A stretch of 62,877 bases of DNA from an uncultured Candidatus Saccharibacteria bacterium (lineage in GTDB: Bacteria > Patescibacteriota > Minisyncoccia > Phycocordibacterales > CSBR16-119). Positions 54,247 to 62,332 of the stretch are shown here, piece by piece. The stretch's first letter is position 1. Each line of letters begins with the position of its first letter. Under the pieces are notes generated by a model. It was not told the origin of the DNA. It ran no database searches and was given only the letters and a program-made list of their open reading frames with translations. The stretch covers positions 1 through 62,877 of the forward strand of contig CAZZCB010000003.1 of NCBI GenBank assembly GCA_964652835.1. Direction: 5' to 3'. Position numbers and translations under genes: made by a program.

Positions 54247-54678
54247 ATGAGTAAATTAATGAAAGGTTTAGGTGTTTTGAGTTTAATGGTGGCGCCATTT
54301 ATGGCTTCTGCTGCAGATCCATTGGGTACAGAAGTTGGTGGTAATACAATATTTAATTTATTGGGGATAATTGCCGCAATAATGAACGTGGTAATACCAA
54401 TCCTTATTACTCTTGCTGTTCTTTACACAATCTGGGGTGTTATCAAATACGCAACAGCAAAAGAATCAGAAGATCAAGCAGAAGGAAGAAGAGTTATTAT
54501 TTCAGGTATTATTGGTTTGTTTATAATAGTTTCTATCTGGGGACTAGTAGCTGTTCTTAACTCTACATTTGGTATTAACCAAGGAGGTCAGAACCTAGAC
54601 ACAACAGGATGTACTGCAGGTACAATTATTGGATATACTGGAACAGGTCCGACAGCTACTCCAATATTCTGTCAATAA
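54247..54678 (+). CDS. T4SS-pilin-like small protein (143 aa)
   Basis: Start at MSKLMKGLGVLSLMVAPFMASAADP; ILITLAVLYTIWGVIKYATAKESEDQAEGRRVIISGIIGLFIIVSIWGLV. Confidence 0.7.
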   Translation: MSKLMKGLGVLSLMVAPFMASAADPLGTEVGGNTIFNLLGIIAAIMNVVIPILITLAVLYTIWGVIKYATAKESEDQAEGRRVIISGIIGLFIIVSIWGLVAVLNSTFGINQGGQNLDTTGCTAGTIIGYTGTGPTATPIFCQ

Positions 54679-54681
54679 TCT

Positions 54682-55002
54682 ATGTATCCATTTATCCTTA
54701 CAGCTTACGCCTCTGTTGATGAGACTATAAGAAAAGTTAATAAGGCAATTATTAATCCTCTGATAGTGCTGATGTTTGCTATCGCCGCTGTCTATTTCGC
54801 TTATGGAATATTCGAGTTTATAAAAGACGGAGATTCTTCTGACGCGAGAGAGAAAGGGAAACAGCACATTGTTTGGGGTCTTGTAGGTATGGCTATTATG
54901 GGTTCTGTGTTTTTCATAATGCAGCTCATTTTGGGGACACTTGGAATAGAAGACCAGATTAACGTTCAAGATATCGAGGTAAATTTACCTCCTATCGAAT
55001 AA
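54682..55002 (+). CDS. T4SS-pilin-like small protein (106 aa)
   Basis: LIVLMFAIAAVYFAYGIFEFIKDGDSSDAREKGKQHIVWGLVGMAIMGSVFFIM. Confidence 0.65.
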   Translation: MYPFILTAYASVDETIRKVNKAIINPLIVLMFAIAAVYFAYGIFEFIKDGDSSDAREKGKQHIVWGLVGMAIMGSVFFIMQLILGTLGIEDQINVQDIEVNLPPIE

Positions 55003-55005
55003 ATC

Positions 55006-55039
55006 AAAACAAAATCCGCCGAAAGGCGGATTTTGTTTT
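55006..55039 (+). terminator. Rho-independent terminator ending the pilin operon
   Basis: aaaacaaaatccgcc-gaaa-ggcggattttgtttt. Confidence 0.8.
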
Positions 55040-55050
55040 AGAAGACTTTG

Positions 55051-55072
55051 GGGCGCGCCTCACGGCGCGCCC
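55051..55072. terminator. Second GC hairpin
   Basis: gggcgcgcc-tcac-ggcgcgccc. Confidence 0.5.
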
Positions 55073-55109
55073 TTTAGTATTAAAAACAATTATTTAATTA
55101 AATCAAATG

Positions 55110-55140
55110 AAAAAGCCCCCGACCTAGGTCGGGGGCTTCT
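55110..55140 (-). terminator. Terminator of the minus-strand SPFH operon
   Basis: aaaaagcccccgacc-t-aggtcgggggcttct; T tract on the minus strand. Confidence 0.7.
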
Positions 55141-55161
55141 CGTTTACGTGCTGGCGCATTA

Positions 55162-55848
55162 TTAGTTGCGCACAGTGTTGTCACTAAGATGGCTGCATGT
55201 TTTTGTAGCATCCACGTTTGCGACAATAGTTACTTTGCTTACCTTGGAGTTGGGTCCAAGGTATAAGCCGTATTCTCCGACCTTGCACTTATTCAGCGCT
55301 TGGCCTTCGTAAAGAACTGGCTCGTGTCCAACGGCCGGAGTTACATCTCCGTGGTCGTTTTTCTCGAGCACTACAACATACAGCTCAATATCCTTCGCTG
55401 GGACTCCTTTAGGGGCGAAGAACGTGAGTTCCTCGCCTTCACCAGGAGTAGAGTAGCGTGTGAGCTCAGCGAGGTCCATATCCTCACCCAGCTTACTGAC
55501 TTTGATCTGTGTGCCGTTGTAGGTCATCATCCCGGATCCTTCGTTGGCGTGAGTGAGGTCGTGGCCGACTTCGTCCCACATCCATATACCGAAGAAAATC
55601 GCGACTCCGAGCCCTAGGCCCAAACCCACGACGGGTCCGAGGGGTCTATTCCACCACCCCTTCACTTTGTCCTTGATGGACGTCTTTGTTGGGGCGGGGG
55701 ACTCATCTGTTGCTGCCGGTTCTTTTTCATCCGACTTTGATTGTACGGATGCTCGGCTCATTCGCTTTTCCTTGTTTCCATACAAGTAAGCGATGATTCC
55801 GATAGTTAAACCAGCAACACCTATTGCGATTAGTGCGCTGTTGATCAT
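55162..55848 (-). CDS. Two-TM membrane protein (228 aa), partner of the SPFH protein
   Basis: TM1 ALIAIGVAGLTIGIIAYLY, TM2 VVGLGLGLGVAIFFGIWMW, soluble beta-rich C-domain; 4-nt overlap with the upstream gene; higher GC. Confidence 0.7.
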   Translation of the reverse strand: MINSALIAIGVAGLTIGIIAYLYGNKEKRMSRASVQSKSDEKEPAATDESPAPTKTSIKDKVKGWWNRPLGPVVGLGLGLGVAIFFGIWMWDEVGHDLTHANEGSGMMTYNGTQIKVSKLGEDMDLAELTRYSTPGEGEELTFFAPKGVPAKDIELYVVVLEKNDHGDVTPAVGHEPVLYEGQALNKCKVGEYGLYLGPNSKVSKVTIVANVDATKTCSHLSDNTVRN

Positions 55849-56918
55849 TTCTTTTCCTCTTTTTTGGGCTGTTGGTTGATATCGAAAGTTGGCATTACAC
55901 CTCCACCGATAACAACACTTGCGCCAGGTTTAACACCTTTCATACCATCCGCCAAGAAGGCGAGAGGGTTGTTTCCATTTGCGTCAACGAAAGCCTTGTG
56001 GGCATCCGCGACAACCTTTCCTTTATCACGGATTTCCTTGACCTGGAAAGCCAATTCCACCTCCTTCGCCTCAACAGCAGCTTGTGCGAGCTGTTTGGCT
56101 CTTACCGCCTTGCCATACTCTTGGTCGGCAGCCTCAATTATTGGCATATCAAGATCGTAAATCATGACGCCGTATTCGTACCCACCATTTTCCTCTGGTC
56201 CCATATTGGTGTTCGTACGATCAATGATCTTTTTGGCGACACCATCTTCGTTCTTGACTTCAGTCTTGATCTTAAGTACATCATCAAAACTGAGCTTTTC
56301 TACTTCAGGCCGAAGAGCGGATTCGAAAGAGTGCTTTATCGGCCTGTTTCCATCACGAAGTTTGGTATCGTACCTTTCCGCGTGCTCAACCTGAAGAGTC
56401 ATTGAGACCGCAAAGTTTACCAGGTTTTTCCCTTCGATCGGGATGCCACCTAAGACTATTGCGTGATTCATGAATACAGGTGGGGCAGTGTAATATGTCG
56501 GCCCCTCTTCTACAACCTTGCACTCAATCGAACCATCAGGGTTTTGAGAGAACTTCAGTCTCGATTCGGCGACCTTCTTTCCTTCTACTCCTCCAATCCA
56601 AGGTATCCCCGTCCAGACCATGCCAAGAATTGAAAAGAACGGATTCTTTTTCAGGTTTTCTCGGTATGTATCATTAGGGGATTTTGTAACCTGACCTTTT
56701 GAGTTTATTGCAAGGTTCTCACTGTTGATGTAGTAATCAGCAATGCGATTTCCTCTCTTGACTCGCAGGTACCGGTTGTTAGGTAGTTGGGTGAATGGCC
56801 CAAACTCAGTGAAAGATAGTCCGTACAAAAGGACAACTATCCCCACTACTGCAAAGAGAAAATATCCAATGATTTCCATGGTCCTATGTTGTGTTTGTTG
56901 GTTGCTTTCAAAGTACAT
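55845..56918 (-). CDS. SPFH/band-7 (prohibitin/flotillin-like) membrane protein
   Basis: N-terminal TM IIGYFLFAVVGIVVLLY; SPFH-like core; Ala/Glu/Lys coiled-coil AVRAKQLAQAAVEAKEVELAFQVKEIRDKG; alternative start at 56879; about 55% G+C in line 56041-56100. Confidence 0.65.
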   Translation of the reverse strand: MYFESNQQTQHRTMEIIGYFLFAVVGIVVLLYGLSFTEFGPFTQLPNNRYLRVKRGNRIADYYINSENLAINSKGQVTKSPNDTYRENLKKNPFFSILGMVWTGIPWIGGVEGKKVAESRLKFSQNPDGSIECKVVEEGPTYYTAPPVFMNHAIVLGGIPIEGKNLVNFAVSMTLQVEHAERYDTKLRDGNRPIKHSFESALRPEVEKLSFDDVLKIKTEVKNEDGVAKKIIDRTNTNMGPEENGGYEYGVMIYDLDMPIIEAADQEYGKAVRAKQLAQAAVEAKEVELAFQVKEIRDKGKVVADAHKAFVDANGNNPLAFLADGMKGVKPGASVVIGGGVMPTFDINQQPKKEEKK

Positions 56919-57065
56919 CTTTCTTCGCTTTCGCGAATACTCCTAGTCTTCGGTGTGTATTATATCACATATTATATGCTTTTGTCAAGCTAAAATACGG
57001 CTTAAATAAAGGGTTTTTGGTGTTAAATCCAACAAAAAACACCCTAAAAGGGTGCTTTTTATTTG

Positions 57066-57147
57066 TGCCCAGGAGAGGACTCGAACCTCCACGGATTGCT
57101 CCATTGGTTCCTAAGACCAACGCGGCTACCAATTACGCCACCTGGGC
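57066..57147 (-). tRNA. tRNA-Leu(UAG)
   Basis: GCCCAGG-UG-GCG..UAAUUGGUAG..; anticodon stem UUGGU/ACCAA, loop CUUAGGA; long variable arm; T-arm GGAGG-UUCGAGU-CCUCU; no encoded CCA. Confidence 0.9.
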
Positions 57148-57215
57148 ATTATTATCTATTCAATTTTGTTCTACAATCTTACTTCAAAAATATTTCCTAC
57201 GCCAGGCTAGAGCTG

Positions 57216-57240
57216 TATTCAAACTTGCGCCACCTGGGCA
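57216..57240 (-). repeat. Fragmentary tRNA-Leu 5' copy, 92 nt upstream of tRNA-Leu(UAG)
   Basis: Minus strand GCCCAGGUGGCG + CAAGTTTGAATACAG, then ..AGCCTGGCGTAGGAA echoes the D-arm and anticodon loop of the real gene. Confidence 0.6.
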
Positions 57241-57295
57241 TGTAAATTTAATCAATAAATTTATGATTGAATACTATCATAAATAAATCAATTTG

Positions 57296-57368
57296 TCCTC
57301 TCGGTAGGGATCGAACCTACGACCGTCTCCTTAAGAGGGAGCTGCTCTACCAACTGAGCTACGAGAGG
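57296..57368 (-). tRNA. tRNA-Lys(CUU)
   Basis: CCUCUCG-UA-GCUC-AGUUGGUA-GAGC; anticodon loop CUCUUAA; T-arm GUAGG-UUCGAUC-CCUAC. Confidence 0.88.
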
Positions 57369-57392
57369 TGACAGATGAAAATATTCATCTTG

Positions 57393-57474
57393 TGCCCGGA
57401 GTGGGGGTCGAACCCACATCCCTTGCGAGACACGATTTTAAGTCGTGCGCGTATACCAATTCCGCCATCCGGGC
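57393..57474 (-). tRNA. tRNA-Leu(UAA)
   Basis: GCCCGGA-UG-GCGGAAUUGGUAUACGC; anticodon stem CACGA/UCGUG, loop CUUAAAA; long variable arm; T-arm GUGGG-UUCGACC-CCCAC. Confidence 0.9.
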
Positions 57475-57541
57475 AATATTTATTTTATTTTGAAAAGACT
57501 TTAATTCTTATACCACAAATGCCCTAGCACGTATACCCCTA

Positions 57542-57566
57542 TATTCAAACTTGCGCCATCCGAGCA
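57542..57566 (-). repeat. Fragmentary tRNA-Leu 5' copy, 91 nt upstream of tRNA-Leu(UAA)
   Basis: Minus strand GCTCGGATGGCG + CAAGTTTGAATATAG + GGGTATACGTGC (real gene: GGTATACGCGC). Confidence 0.6.
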
Positions 57567-57634
57567 ATATTTATTTTATTAAAAAAGATATTATCACATC
57601 TTTTTTAATTTCGCACTTTAACACTATCGTGTTG

Positions 57635-57706
57635 AGGCTGGGACGGGGATCGAACCCGTGCATGGCGGTTTTGCAAACCGCAGCGTTACCGCTTCGCCAC
57701 CCAGCC
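57635..57706 (-). tRNA. tRNA-Cys(GCA)
   Basis: GGCUGGG-UG-GCG-AAGCGGUAA-CGC; anticodon loop UUGCAAA; discriminator U as expected for Cys. Confidence 0.9.
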
Positions 57707-57830
57707 TTAATATTAATTTTACATAAAGCTTCCAAATTTCCTACCGCAAGCGGGACGGTGTCCGCCAAAGCCTTGCGTCGGCGGAGATTTAGCGCCCAGC
57801 CATTTTGTTTACCGTCAAACAAAATATATT

Positions 57831-58163
57831 TTACCCTAAACCTTGCTCTAAAAGTAGGTCATGAATCTTTTGTCGATTTTTTTCACCTTTGTCAATTTCT
57901 ATATCAACAAAAGGAATTGTTCGAAGATTCATTTTCTTTTTTATCTCATGTTTAATCTCGCTTCTTTTTCTTTTACAGAAATCGAGCGCAGCTTTTTCCT
58001 TGCCTTCAGGAAGGACGCTGATTAAGATTTTAGCATTTTTTAGGTCAGGAGAAACGTCTACAGACATAACAGTAATAAGCGACAGATTATTACTTTCTGC
58101 TTCAAGGAAGTTTGCGACAACCGCTTTTATTTCATTATTTACTTTTTCTTGTCGTATAGACAT
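57831..58163 (-). CDS. rbfA: Ribosome-binding factor A
   Basis: 110 aa; RQEKVNNEIKAVVANFL...ITVMSVDVSPDLKNAKI..., directly downstream of infB. Confidence 0.9.
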   Translation of the reverse strand: MSIRQEKVNNEIKAVVANFLEAESNNLSLITVMSVDVSPDLKNAKILISVLPEGKEKAALDFCKRKRSEIKHEIKKKMNLRTIPFVDIEIDKGEKNRQKIHDLLLEQGLG

Positions 58164-58164
58164 A

Positions 58165-59703
58165 TTATTTTACCGTTATTTCAAATGATTCGATGATATC
58201 TCCTGGAGCTAGATCAATCTTTGATTCTATTATACATCCAAACTCTAGACCTTCTTTAACTTCTTTTACCTCACTTCTGTTTTGTTGTAAGCCTTCGATT
58301 TTAGCTCGGCCCACCTCTTCTTCATTTCTGATTATTCGAACCATGTTTCCGATTTGGACTGCGCCTTCTAGAACTCTTCCACCGACAAGCTGACTGTTTT
58401 TATTTTTTGAGAAAAACTTCAGAACTTTTACCCGGCCTTTTATTTCGTATACATCTTTTTTGGGTTTTCTTTTTTCGAACTCTTTATTTAGCCATTCTGT
58501 TAGTTCGTAGATTATGTTGAAAGTTTTGATTGTTGCGCCGATTTGTTCGTTTGCGTCGAGAGCCGTTCTTTCTACTTTTACGTTAAATCCGACGATTATC
58601 ACACCCTTGTCTGCATTTGCAAAGTTCAAATCTGATTCAGTAATATCTCCCACACCCTTTCGAACTATTTTAAAACAAGTATCGTCGCAAACAATTTTTT
58701 GAATCTCTTTTTCGATAGCTTCGCCAGTTCCAGCTACATCTGTTTTTAAAATAAGCGGAATCATATTTTCTCGAACGTGAGCCACGTCTTCATTTTCCTC
58801 TGCGCTTTCCTTTTTTAAATCCTGCATTTCTTCGATGAATTTCTCTGCCTCTTTTTTAGTTTCAAAAGAATAAAAAGTTTCTCCGATTCTCGGAACTTTT
58901 GTAAGTCCTAAAACTTTTAAAGCAGAAGAAAAACCAGTGATTCGTATTGGGGAAGAGAACTGCGCCTCGTTTATACTTTTACCAAAAGAGTCTTCGAAGA
59001 TTTTTGTCGCTGCGATAGAATCCTCTGCCACAACATACATTCCTCTTTTAAGAACACCGTCTTTGATAACGAGTGATGCAGATATTCCTCTTTTTTCGTC
59101 CATGTCAGATTCGATAACAAGCCCAGTTGCAGGTTTGTTTAAATCTCCTTTTAGTTCTTCGAGCTCTACTGTTAGAAGTATCGTCTCCAAAAGGTCGTCG
59201 ATTCCTGTTCCGTTTTTTGCAGAAATCTCAACACAAGAAATATCTCCTCCGTAACCTTCAATATAAATCCCAGCTTCAACTAGACTGTTTTTAGTTCTCT
59301 GAACATCTGCGCCGTTTTTATCTATTTTGTTTATGGCTACTAAAAAAGGAGTTTTGCTTTCTACGATACTTTGATACGCTTCGAGAGTTTGTTTGTTGAC
59401 CCCGTCGTCGGCTGCGACGATAAGTATTGCGATGTCGGCAGCTTTCGCTCCTCGCTCCCTCATGTTTGAAAAAGCCGCGTGTCCTGGAGTGTCTAGGAAA
59501 GTGATTTTCTTCATTTCGCCACTGGCATTTTTATGAGCGACTTCGTAAGCTGAGATGTGTTGAGTGATACCTCCAGCTTCGCCGGCTACTACGTTTGATT
59601 TTCGGATATAGTCTAAAAGCGTCGATTTTCCATGATCGACGTGCCCCATAACTGCCACCACTGGTGGGCGTTCTATTAGGTTTTTAGAGGTGTCTTTTGA
59701 CAT
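58165..59703 (-). CDS. infB: Translation initiation factor IF-2 (short form lacking the N-terminal extension)
   Basis: RPPVVAVMGHVDHGKSTLLD; FLDTPGHAAF; NKID. Confidence 0.95.
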   Translation of the reverse strand: MSKDTSKNLIERPPVVAVMGHVDHGKSTLLDYIRKSNVVAGEAGGITQHISAYEVAHKNASGEMKKITFLDTPGHAAFSNMRERGAKAADIAILIVAADDGVNKQTLEAYQSIVESKTPFLVAINKIDKNGADVQRTKNSLVEAGIYIEGYGGDISCVEISAKNGTGIDDLLETILLTVELEELKGDLNKPATGLVIESDMDEKRGISASLVIKDGVLKRGMYVVAEDSIAATKIFEDSFGKSINEAQFSSPIRITGFSSALKVLGLTKVPRIGETFYSFETKKEAEKFIEEMQDLKKESAEENEDVAHVRENMIPLILKTDVAGTGEAIEKEIQKIVCDDTCFKIVRKGVGDITESDLNFANADKGVIIVGFNVKVERTALDANEQIGATIKTFNIIYELTEWLNKEFEKRKPKKDVYEIKGRVKVLKFFSKNKNSQLVGGRVLEGAVQIGNMVRIIRNEEEVGRAKIEGLQQNRSEVKEVKEGLEFGCIIESKIDLAPGDIIESFEITVK

Positions 59704-59768
59704 AAGACCATTTATACCGTAAAAAGTGAGAAAAAGCTAGTAAATATAAGGCGTGCACGCCATCCACA

Positions 59769-60242
59769 CTAACTCGCTTTTTCGAGAGCCTGTGCTTCTT
59801 CGTTTGTTAACTCAAACTCAGATTTATATTTTGAAATTGGTTTTGCGAAGATACTCGTCTTTTCTCTTCCGTAAAGTGTTGAGATGATAACTCCGTTACC
59901 GTGTTCGTCTAGCATAGCTACTGCGAAGCTTTGGTTTCCTCCAGAGTTTGTAAAAGGGTTGAACCGGACAACTCCGACGCCAGTGATACTTGTTTTAAGT
60001 CTCTTGTTCATATCTTTTATTATTTCGTCTGTGTCTTCTTGCACAGCGTTCATTCGCTTGATTTCGTTTATAATATGAACTAGAGTGTCTTCTAGAGTTT
60101 TGGCATTTTTGCCTTCGAGTAGTTTTGTCACTCTTTGGTTTAGTTTAAAAATCATCGCGATAAGTCCGATGACTAAGATGATGAAGAATCCGACGACATA
60201 AAAAAGGTTTTGTTCCATCTGGATAGTGAGAAATGATATCAC
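59769..60242 (-). CDS. DUF4446-like membrane protein
   Basis: N-terminal TM; VGVVRFNPFTNSGGNQSFAVAMLDEHGNGVIISTLYGRE. Confidence 0.7.
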   Translation of the reverse strand: MISFLTIQMEQNLFYVVGFFIILVIGLIAMIFKLNQRVTKLLEGKNAKTLEDTLVHIINEIKRMNAVQEDTDEIIKDMNKRLKTSITGVGVVRFNPFTNSGGNQSFAVAMLDEHGNGVIISTLYGREKTSIFAKPISKYKSEFELTNEEAQALEKAS

Positions 60243-60391
60243 TCTAAAAGAGTAAAATTGTTTCTAAAAAATTAGATAATAAATTTCGACCAAACTAGAT
60301 TTCTGATAAACTGTTTCTGGTAGCTTTAATATCATTTTCTACTACCGGATCCATATTGGGAAATTATATAATAGAAAAAAGACTTTGCAAC

Positions 60392-61624
60392 ATGTTTAAC
60401 TTTTTTAAAAAACAAAATAGAAATATTTACCTTGATTACGCGGCCGCTACGCCTGTCCGGGAAGAGGTAATAAAAGAAATGCAAAAAGCCTTTGCCTTTT
60501 TTGCCAACCCTGGTTCTATCCATAAAGATGGACTTTTAGCTAAGAAAAAACTGGCAGAGATGAGAGAGGAAGTTGCGCGCTCGCTCCGCTCGCGCGCCGA
60601 CGAAATCGTTTTCACCGCCACTGGAACAGAAAGCGACAACTTAGCTATCCGCGGAGCCGTGATGGCTTTCATAGAAAAAAATGGGCATCAAAAACCACAC
60701 ATTATAACTTCGAAAGTCGAACACGCGGGAGTTTTAGAAGTTTGCAAAGCTCTCGAAAAAGAAGGCTTGGCGCAGGTTTCGTATATCGGCGTTTCTTCGT
60801 CTGGCGCGCTCGATATGAAATCTTTTAAAGAAGCTTTAAAAGAAAATACAGCTCTCGTTTCTTTTATACACGCAAACAACGAAATAGGTACACTGCTAGA
60901 TATAAAAGAAATATCAAAAGCAATAAGACATTTTAAAAAATATACAAAAGGTGACCACAAATCAGTCTATCCGCTTCTTCATACAGACGCTTCACAGTCT
61001 TTCGCATATTCTGATATAGAGATGAATACTTTTCCCGTAGATCTGATGACTTTCAACTCTTCAAAAATCTACGGACCAAAAGGCGTTGCTCTTTTGTATG
61101 TCCGAAAAGGTACGTCACTTTCACCAATTATTTTCGGGGGATCACAAGAGCTCGGCCTCCGCGGTGGGACAGAAGATTTGGTCTCTATCTCTGGATTTAC
61201 AAAAGCGGTAACTCTAGCAGTATCAGAGAGAGAAAGAGAAACTGCTCGGCTTGCAGATCTTCAAAAATACTTTTTTGGAAAAATAGAAAAAGAGTTTAGT
61301 GAGCGGGTGCGGATAAATGGGGAAGTGTTAAACAGAACTGTAAACAATATAAATATCACGATTAAAAACTTCGAAAGCGAGCTGATGGTTTTAGAGCTCG
61401 ACGGAAAAGGCATCTCTGTGTCTTCTAAAAGCGCTTGTAACGAATCTGCCGATGAAGACGAGAGCTCTGTTATAAGCGAGCTTCATCCACACGAGGACGC
61501 GCGTATAGGCGGAGTTCGTATATCTCTAGGGAAATACACAACAAAGTCTGATCTAGACTATCTTCTAAAATCAATAAAAGAAATCCTCGAAAAATATAAA
61601 AATTTCCCAAAGCAGACGGTGTAG
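60392..61624 (+). CDS. Cysteine desulfurase (NifS/IscS-like class V aminotransferase)
   Basis: Start at MFNFFKK..IYLDYAAATP; FTATGTESDNLAIRG; NSSKIYGPKG (PLP Lys); SSKSAC (catalytic Cys loop). Confidence 0.88.
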   Translation: MFNFFKKQNRNIYLDYAAATPVREEVIKEMQKAFAFFANPGSIHKDGLLAKKKLAEMREEVARSLRSRADEIVFTATGTESDNLAIRGAVMAFIEKNGHQKPHIITSKVEHAGVLEVCKALEKEGLAQVSYIGVSSSGALDMKSFKEALKENTALVSFIHANNEIGTLLDIKEISKAIRHFKKYTKGDHKSVYPLLHTDASQSFAYSDIEMNTFPVDLMTFNSSKIYGPKGVALLYVRKGTSLSPIIFGGSQELGLRGGTEDLVSISGFTKAVTLAVSERERETARLADLQKYFFGKIEKEFSERVRINGEVLNRTVNNINITIKNFESELMVLELDGKGISVSSKSACNESADEDESSVISELHPHEDARIGGVRISLGKYTTKSDLDYLLKSIKEILEKYKNFPKQTV

Positions 61625-61670
61625 TTAGATTTAAGATTTAGGAATTAGGATTTAAGAAATATTGAAAATG

Positions 61671-61703
61671 AAAAAGCCCCGAACGCATTGCGCCGGGGCT
61701 TTT
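61671..61703. terminator. Bidirectional terminator
   Basis: aaaaagccccg-aacgcattgcg-ccggggctttt. Confidence 0.7.
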
Positions 61704-61724
61704 AGGAGTCTTCAAACCATCTCC

Positions 61725-62195
61725 TTAGGTTTTCTGTTTCTTGAGATCACTCAGAGGCACATCATCAGGGATCTGTGCCATCATCTGCATCTCCAACTCG
61801 AAGAGCTTACGAGCAACTTGCTCCCAAGTTCCCGACATCTTCACTCTTTTGCCGAGAAACCTTCCCTGGAGATCGGCCTTGTTTCCGATGTTGAAAGTCG
61901 CACACACCTCTTCCATCAGGTAGCGCTGACCACTCAAACTCTTGACGTACGTATCTACGTCTCCTCCGACGAAAACCTGAAAGATGAGCTCTGGTTGATA
62001 CTCATTACATTCTTCTGGGTTTTCATGGAAGTTGGACCCAACGTGTTTCTCGAGCGATGGGTATAGTTCTGTCTTGACATACCCAACACCCAAATTGGTA
62101 AGGCTGTTGAGGATCCTCGCCCACGAACCCAAGATACCAAGTATCTCGGGTGTTTCAAGGGAGAGTTGCTCAAGTTTCTTGCTAGGCTTTTTCAT
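61725..62195 (-). CDS. Hypothetical protein (156 aa), higher-GC orphan
   Basis: Balanced composition, versus the Leu/Ser/Arg/Cys-rich overlapping + strand ORFs; terminator just downstream. Confidence 0.55.
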   Translation of the reverse strand: MKKPSKKLEQLSLETPEILGILGSWARILNSLTNLGVGYVKTELYPSLEKHVGSNFHENPEECNEYQPELIFQVFVGGDVDTYVKSLSGQRYLMEEVCATFNIGNKADLQGRFLGKRVKMSGTWEQVARKLFELEMQMMAQIPDDVPLSDLKKQKT

Positions 62196-62332
62196 GATCG
62201 AATGTTTTGTGTCTGGTGCTACCCAAACTAGTTTTTGTGAATGTACTTTCCCAAAAGATTCACGAACTGAATTCGCAAACCTTAGAAGGAGGGGAAGATC
62301 TGTTGCGCGATCTTCCCCTTCGTGTGCGGTTC

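Noticed and set aside
50728-55002. Tandem pilin-domain repeats, considered as a CRISPR-like or satellite array
   Set aside because: The repeat units are protein-coding paralogues of very different lengths with divergent DNA. No short direct repeats with unique spacers occur anywhere in the window.
61055-61066. Cysteine desulfurase has N-S-S-K where IscS/NifS usually have S-G-H-K (His before the PLP lysine replaced by Ser)
   Set aside because: The PLP lysine and the catalytic Cys loop are present. This is probably lineage-specific variation and cannot be evaluated without an alignment.
61628-61660. Short direct repeats gatttaag / ttagga downstream of the desulfurase gene
   Set aside because: There are only two or three very short AT-rich copies, consistent with chance in a low-GC spacer.
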